This document shows positions 57,741 to 64,000 of a stretch of 64,000 nucleotides of DNA, in pieces. The DNA lies in the NCBI RefSeq assembly GCF_902652985.1, contig NC_047016.1, positions 39,308,001 through 39,372,000 on the forward strand, in the 5' to 3' direction. Numbering within the stretch: position 1 is the stretch's first letter; each line of letters begins with the position of its first letter. The notes below the pieces were generated by a model that did no database searches, was not told where the DNA came from, and saw nothing but the letters and a program-made list of their open reading frames with translations. A program made the position numbers and the translations under genes. This DNA is from Pecten maximus (taxonomy: Eukaryota).

Positions 57741-57986
57741 CAAACCTTGCGAGCTTTCGGGCCCTGTTTGTCCGCATGCCGCAGATGCACCTGTCTACGA
57801 TTCCTGCAAAAACTATACGGAACTCCTCAGTTGAAGCATGCGCAGAACACTGTGTTAGGGAGGTGGAATTCGAGTGTATGTCATTCGACTTGGATAATAC
57901 CATCGGAAGCTGTCGATTACAGAACCACACTCACGAAGAACCTTTCGTTACCCTTCAGGTGTCTACATTCGCCGACCATTATAGAA
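57741..57986 (+). CDS. Internal exon encoding a PAN/Apple domain
   Basis: TTTACATTTCAG acceptor, GTAAGT donor, 246 nt, phase 1-1. Translation NLASFRALFVRMPQMHLSTIPAKTIRNSSVEACAEHCVREVEFECMSFDLDNTIGSCRLQNHTHEEPFVTLQVSTFADHYR shows the PAN pattern CxxxC...C.SF...C.L...D.Y. Confidence 0.88.
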
Positions 57987-59055
57987 GTAAGTTACTATAC
58001 AGACGTACTGTAGATGTTTTTTTTCTATGGTAGTTCAAAAGTCGTTGTCTGTTTCAATTGCATTGCTCAACAAATGCTGTCGCAAAAATTGAAAAGATGA
58101 CATGCATGTGTGTCGAATTTATCTTAACAACCTATCTATAGGCCTCGCGTGATGTCATGTTGCTTGCATTCCTTCGCGAAGGCAAACGTTCATGTATTCG
58201 GATTGCTTGCGATGAAATCATCAACAAAAATCTATGTCTAATATGTTTTATTTTCCTTTCGAATAAATATTTATGGGACAACACCTCTAGAAATCAATAA
58301 AACATCATCTACATTACATCTACATTACATCTACAAGACAGATGACACAATGTGAAGCATCTAGAATAACCTTGTTTTGGAGAAGGCTTGTCTAAGTTAC
58401 GATGACTTATGCCCAATCCAATTTGTACGATTGAACAAATAAGATATGTTTAAATCATTCTAGAATAAGTTTGTAATACGGATGTAGTAGAGTATTCATT
58501 TACTTAAGGACAATTGCGACATCACCCTACTCTAGGCGACAACAATACTTTTTGCTGATTGTTAAGTTGGCTTTTTATTTCAATTCTAAGGCCTTTTGCA
58601 GGAAAAATGTACAACGACTTCAGTGGCTGTTACAAGAAGTGTTAAATGCAGACAAGCAAAAAGAAGTTTAGAAAATAAAAAACGTTCTACAAAAACCCCA
58701 AAGCATTGAAGGCGAAATGGATCGATATAGCCCATTATAAAGAACAAGTTAGGAACCGTCACTGTGACATAAACACATGTTACCTCCGGGCACACCACCG
58801 TGGCCCATGTCTGCTATCATCGTACGTTTATAACGATGCCCGTCATTTTTTAAATATAGATTGAGATAATTTGAGAAATGATTTTCACTCCTAATTAGGT
58901 ATTCTATATGATTGATTTATTTGTTTTTCAAATTATATTTCATCAATGAAATAACTTTGCTGATTGTGCCTTAGGAAAGTTAGAAGTATCATTAGAATCA
59001 TTCTGTTTACCCATGCAGTATGCGCAGAGCTCAATCCACTGATTATATGTCGGGT

Positions 59056-59145
59056 TTTCTTGTTTGACTTTATTTGGGAATAACTGTGACACCACTCGGT
59101 TTTCTTGTTTGACCTTGTTTGGGAATAGCTGTGACGCAACTCGTT
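59056..59145. repeat. 45-bp tandem duplication
   Basis: TTTCTTGTTTGACYTTRTTTGGGAATARCTGTGAC at 59056 and 59101. Confidence 0.85.
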
Positions 59146-60279
59146 TTTTTTTTTTAGTAAAAAACGATATACTGTTGATTAATTATTTTTCTCGAAAATT
59201 CAGTGAAACTCATGATAAGTTAATTCACTATTGGTATTGAAATCTGAATCTAAATTAGATACAATTTAAATGATATTTTACTTACAACCTTAAGCGATAT
59301 GCTACCAGCTTGTGATTAAAGGAAACATGTGTGTGACCAAGTGACCATGGCTTTACACTAAAATCGCAAAATAATTATCAAACAGAACATTCGACAATGG
59401 TTTTACAAAAAAAAAAAGAAATCGAGCAGAACATGCGACAATGGTTTTACAACAAAAACACAAAAAAGATTATCAAATAGAACATGCGACAATGCTTTTA
59501 AGTAAAATAGTCAATGAACATGAGCCCAGTGTCATTCATCTGTTTGGTATAACGTATTTTATTTATTATAAAGAACCAATGCTGCCTTAAGTATGACATA
59601 TACTTTATATTGTAACTTGCCTTCTTAATCAAGATCAATGTCATTCGGTCTTTTTTATGAATCTTTTTTCTAATATAACTACTAGATGTTTATTTTTCTT
59701 TTATATTCTGAATAAATGTCATTGTCATTTGATCTGTGTAATAGCGTTTTTAGCAAAGAATCATTAGAACATGCGCTTGATATATATCCAGCGAATATAA
59801 TCAGGTGCAATCTCAGTCTTAGCCATAATTTAACCTTGACATAAAACAGTTTAATGGTTAGTCTACCAAAACATCAACGGGAGGTGAGAAAACACTTTGT
59901 TATAAGACATTGCTTTACATATACCTCGTATATTATAATTAAGTTAATTGCCAATTAGAATAAAGTAAAAGCGGAAGGCGAGAGTTTGATTCAATATAAC
60001 CATGCAGTAGATATATTTCAAGTTACATTCAATGTGTTTGCCCACACCTTTCCCGCCTCAGATCTATCTGTGAAATAATTCCCCAAGTCGTCAGGTCAAG
60101 TCAGCTGACTTTCTCTCACGCCGGCTGCTGCTAAACAGTCAATGACGTCATAGAGGATTTTTTCAATCGATATTTAACACTTTATACAGAACTATAAAAA
60201 TCCCGAGCGATGAAATTGGCTTCACTGCCACGATGTGGGAGATCGTACTTAGTTGAGGATTACAATTATATACCTTACT

Positions 60280-60624
60280 TACTGTAAAAACTGTTCTTTT
60301 AGTGAGTTATTTTTTCGCTGTTTTCGAGGATACAATAAAACCACGAAGAATATATACAACGAAAAATAGAATTAACAGAGAAAACTATGGTCCGTTGTTT
60401 AATGATATATCCATTAAAGTAAAACCGCCAGATTTTATTTTGGACAATCGAAAAAGAGTGTCTATGACAGTTTCATCAGTCAGATATACATATATGAGTT
60501 TTCTTTCCAAAAAGTACTGTAATAAAATTGCAAACAAATAAAGTGATTTCAATATATTCCTCTAAAATTTAGTTTATTGCAAACCCACGAAAATTTGTAT
60601 CGTCGAAAAATACCATATACAGTA
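60280..60624. mobile_element. TA-flanked MITE-like element (TA|CTGTA...TACAG|TA)
   Basis: Short inverted termini with TA flanks and repeated CCACGAA/CGAAAAAT motifs near both ends; degraded. Confidence 0.5.
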
Positions 60625-63600
60625 TACAGGACAGTTTATATCAACCCGAGTAATGTGCTGTCTGTCCAAACAGTAACTGGAAAAAACGAAAACACATGTA
60701 AACAAGGAAATGAGGAGCTTATCTAGGGAATGTTTTCCGATGTCAGTAAAATTTTTCTTTTGGCGAAACCCACATCGAAATTTTTTTTTCGGATTATTGC
60801 ATTAACGGTAGTTACATTAGTTACATAACGATAAAACAAGTGTCTGTTAATGTTAGATTGATGTCAATTTTCGGCAGAAAAACATTTCCAGTGCCAGGAT
60901 TTTAAAATATTTAAAATTTGAAATAAATTTGTTTTTATCAACAGTATAGCTACATCTAGACGGATATTCCTAGGTACCTTAGCAATTTTGCAAGTATCAA
61001 ATGTCGACATATTCATAGGTCGCGTATTTGTCAATATAAACTCCAGAACTTAATTTAGAAATCTCCACACAACCTTCGTACATTCCTTTTAGACCCATTG
61101 CGCCAAATTGCAGCTTTAACACATTCACGATAACATGCAAACTACAACAAATATACAGCCTGCAACAACCCTTATCTCAACACATCCCGGTTGCGACACT
61201 CGTTACTTAGACAATCGGTGTCCCTCTTGTCTGGCCCACAGGGGTGTTCCTAAACGTCAGAGAACGGCTAGCAAGGTTTCTCCCTATCTTTTAGTGTCTC
61301 TCGAGATAATTACGTACTGACCAGCAAATGGCTTCTTTAAGATTAGATAATGACGTAAACACCAGGATGACCCAATTACACAAACTGTCTCTGACTTTGG
61401 AGTCAAGAAGCCGTTCATGGAAAAATGTGTTTGTCTACGACTACCTAAACCAAACTCATCATTATTTTTGATTTGATATCGAGTGTTAATGATCGCGGTA
61501 AATCCCTCTTCACCAGTGTGACGAGTTCAATACATCACAGTTGATAAATTCAGGTCATCGTAATCTAGGTTTTATGTATTTCTGGTAAGTAAGTGAGCGG
61601 GCGGAACATCCCATAATATCTTCTATGAGTCAGTGCTTCAAACATTGCTTATTTTTCACTAGGTCCTTTTATTGGCTATAGTGCTATATATGAATTTAGT
61701 GCGATAGTATTTTGGATGAACTAGTTTTATTTGAAGATAATCAGGAAATAACGAACGGTGCATGTTTAGAGATGTACAATAAGTTGCAAGACACAAACTA
61801 TGTGTTACTTGTATCTCAGAAAGATATGCAAAATGCACACAACAAAAAACCAAGATGAAATATATCATGGGGTTCTTAAAATTATCGAAAAAATACTTAA
61901 AACTATTACAGACAAAGAATTGGAACAACCGCCAAAACGTTATCTTTGACTTATTATATTCAGTTGCAACACTAAGCAATCATGCCTTTTTAGAAATGGT
62001 TATACTAAAAAGACACTACATGACGCTATATACAATTAAAGGGATTTCGACTAAGTAAATAATCACACATTTGTATGATAAGTTTGAATATATTTTATTT
62101 TCATAAATGATTCAAGTTAAACAATAGGTGTTTTGGCGTTAAATCAACAATATATAAACCCCGATCTTTAAAGTTTCATGACATTCAATGTAAGTAGATA
62201 TGCCCTTATCATTACATTAATTTGACAAGTGAACAATAGAAGAAAATGATGAGAGAAAGTACAAATAAAATTGAAGAAGCAGCGGAGTGAAAGTAATTAA
62301 TCTCATGATAAAAAATACTACCTGAAATTTATTTCTGGACTACAATGATTATCTCTAATATAGCAATGTAGCTGTCCGTGCTGCATGCGTGATATAGTTT
62401 TAAAAATATCAAAGGTAAAGTCAAAATAAAATTAAGGATATACAATCATTTCAACAGAATGGCAATAGCCTTAAAGGAATAAGCAAAATATATACAAATA
62501 CAAAATGGAATTTTAGTCCAAAGTTGATGCTACAAAGAACCCATGTTACTGCCAATTCAAACGATCATATCGGGATATCAGCAACTCTATACCACATGTG
62601 AGCTGTTAGGTACTTAACACGAGTTATTGACTACAATTGACTTAATGCTGACCAGGTTAGAGAATGGACGCCAACAAATCACATTTCTTTGGTTGTAAAT
62701 CAGCCAGATAATTGTAAATTGTCCGTGGAGAGATCTCGTCGCGGCACGTTCGGGGTGATTGCCAGCACGCGTGGCCCTCACTTAGTCAACATACACGTGT
62801 ATAGTCTTTCTCGCGACAGCTTTACGACTTTCACTGGTTATTTACATTATCTATATTGTCAATTTTTGAGTCTAAAATATTTCTATATAAACCATCATGA
62901 ATATACCAAGTATTTTCAGTTTTGTATATTTTATTTTGCAGTAGATAGGTACTCCTGAATGCATTTATTTTTCCTGTTGTATGACTACTCCGTTCTTTGT
63001 AAAACATGTTATAACTAGTTTATATTCATTCTATATATGAGGCATCTTAGTAGAACATTTTAACATACCAATCACCCAAAGACAGTTGGCACACCACGAA
63101 ACAAACATTTCTATAAGATGATATGAATATTTAAGGAATTGTTTTGTTGCCATGTTTATTTTTTACTATCTCAAAATGTTTCTATTTTGGCTTCTCGTCA
63201 AAATGGTTCTGTAAATGTCACAATACCATGTCTTTGTTAGAAATACTAGAACGTATCGCTTTAATATCAAATTAATCGAAATGTACTTATTACTCAAGCT
63301 ATTATTCATGCATGTTACACATCATAGCATACGTTGTGGCAGCAGTATTCCAGAACTGTTTGGCCTTGCTGTTAATTTTCTCTTTGATGTTCTCAAACAT
63401 TTTTTTGAATAATATCACGTTTCTAAATGATCTAGAAACACGAACATGATAATAAATTTGATAAGCTGTTTAATAACAAATACAACCGAAAACATTGAAT
63501 TATTCAGACCAATATCAGACTACACGGCAACAAAAGATACAAAAAATCTCGCCATTTATCATAACAATGATATTAGGATCACAACACACACACGTCTGTG

Positions 63601-64000
63601 CCATCTGGATGTATCGAGTAAAAACAATATTCCTCGGTGTATGGAGTTTCATATATAAACTTACATCCATGATAGCGTGTTGAGGGGGTATCTCTTCGTC
63701 TCTCGTATGGACATTGGATAGGATATTTGGACGGAATGTTCTTTCGTTCCCAAGGGATATATGTATTGCAAGTTTTTTTATGGTCAGACTTCAGTGGAAT
63801 TAAACTCCCTTGTGGAGGGTTTGGGTTCTCTATCGCTGTTCGTCACGCGTTTAGGTGTGAACAGGGAAAAGACGGCTCGTTTTTGTGCGTAATTCTACTT
63901 GTATGTGTAATAAATACTGTCCCACGTGACGCTGTATTGCTGTATCTCTGGATATATACTGTATCCATCTATGTAGTACATTGTATCTAATTCTGATGTT

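Overview
AT-rich eukaryotic genomic DNA, mostly intronic or intergenic. The SINE and MITE types suggest a bivalve mollusc, but this is inference. Nearly all listed ORFs are spurious or arise from stop-free minisatellites. The one well-supported gene is on the + strand: a signal-peptide exon (22832-22922) is phase-compatible with a PAN/Apple-domain exon (57741-57986) about 34.8 kb downstream. A weaker minus-strand exon pair lies at 13.5 and 11.3 kb. The main discovery is three dispersed tandem arrays (3992-5157 +, 16141-16303 -, 56970-57354 +) whose 49-bp unit is a hammerhead ribozyme and almost nothing else: CUGACGA core, GUCC/GGAC stem II, GAAA, palindromic ACAGCUGU stem III, GUA cleavage triplet and UGAUGU/ACAUCA stem I. 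This is a candidate ultra-minimal retrozyme or ribozyme satellite. The array lying sense in the putative intron has the catalytic GAAA changed to AAAA in all 8 units. The rest is minisatellites, tRNA-derived SINEs (two with internal tandem expansions) and non-autonomous DNA transposons.
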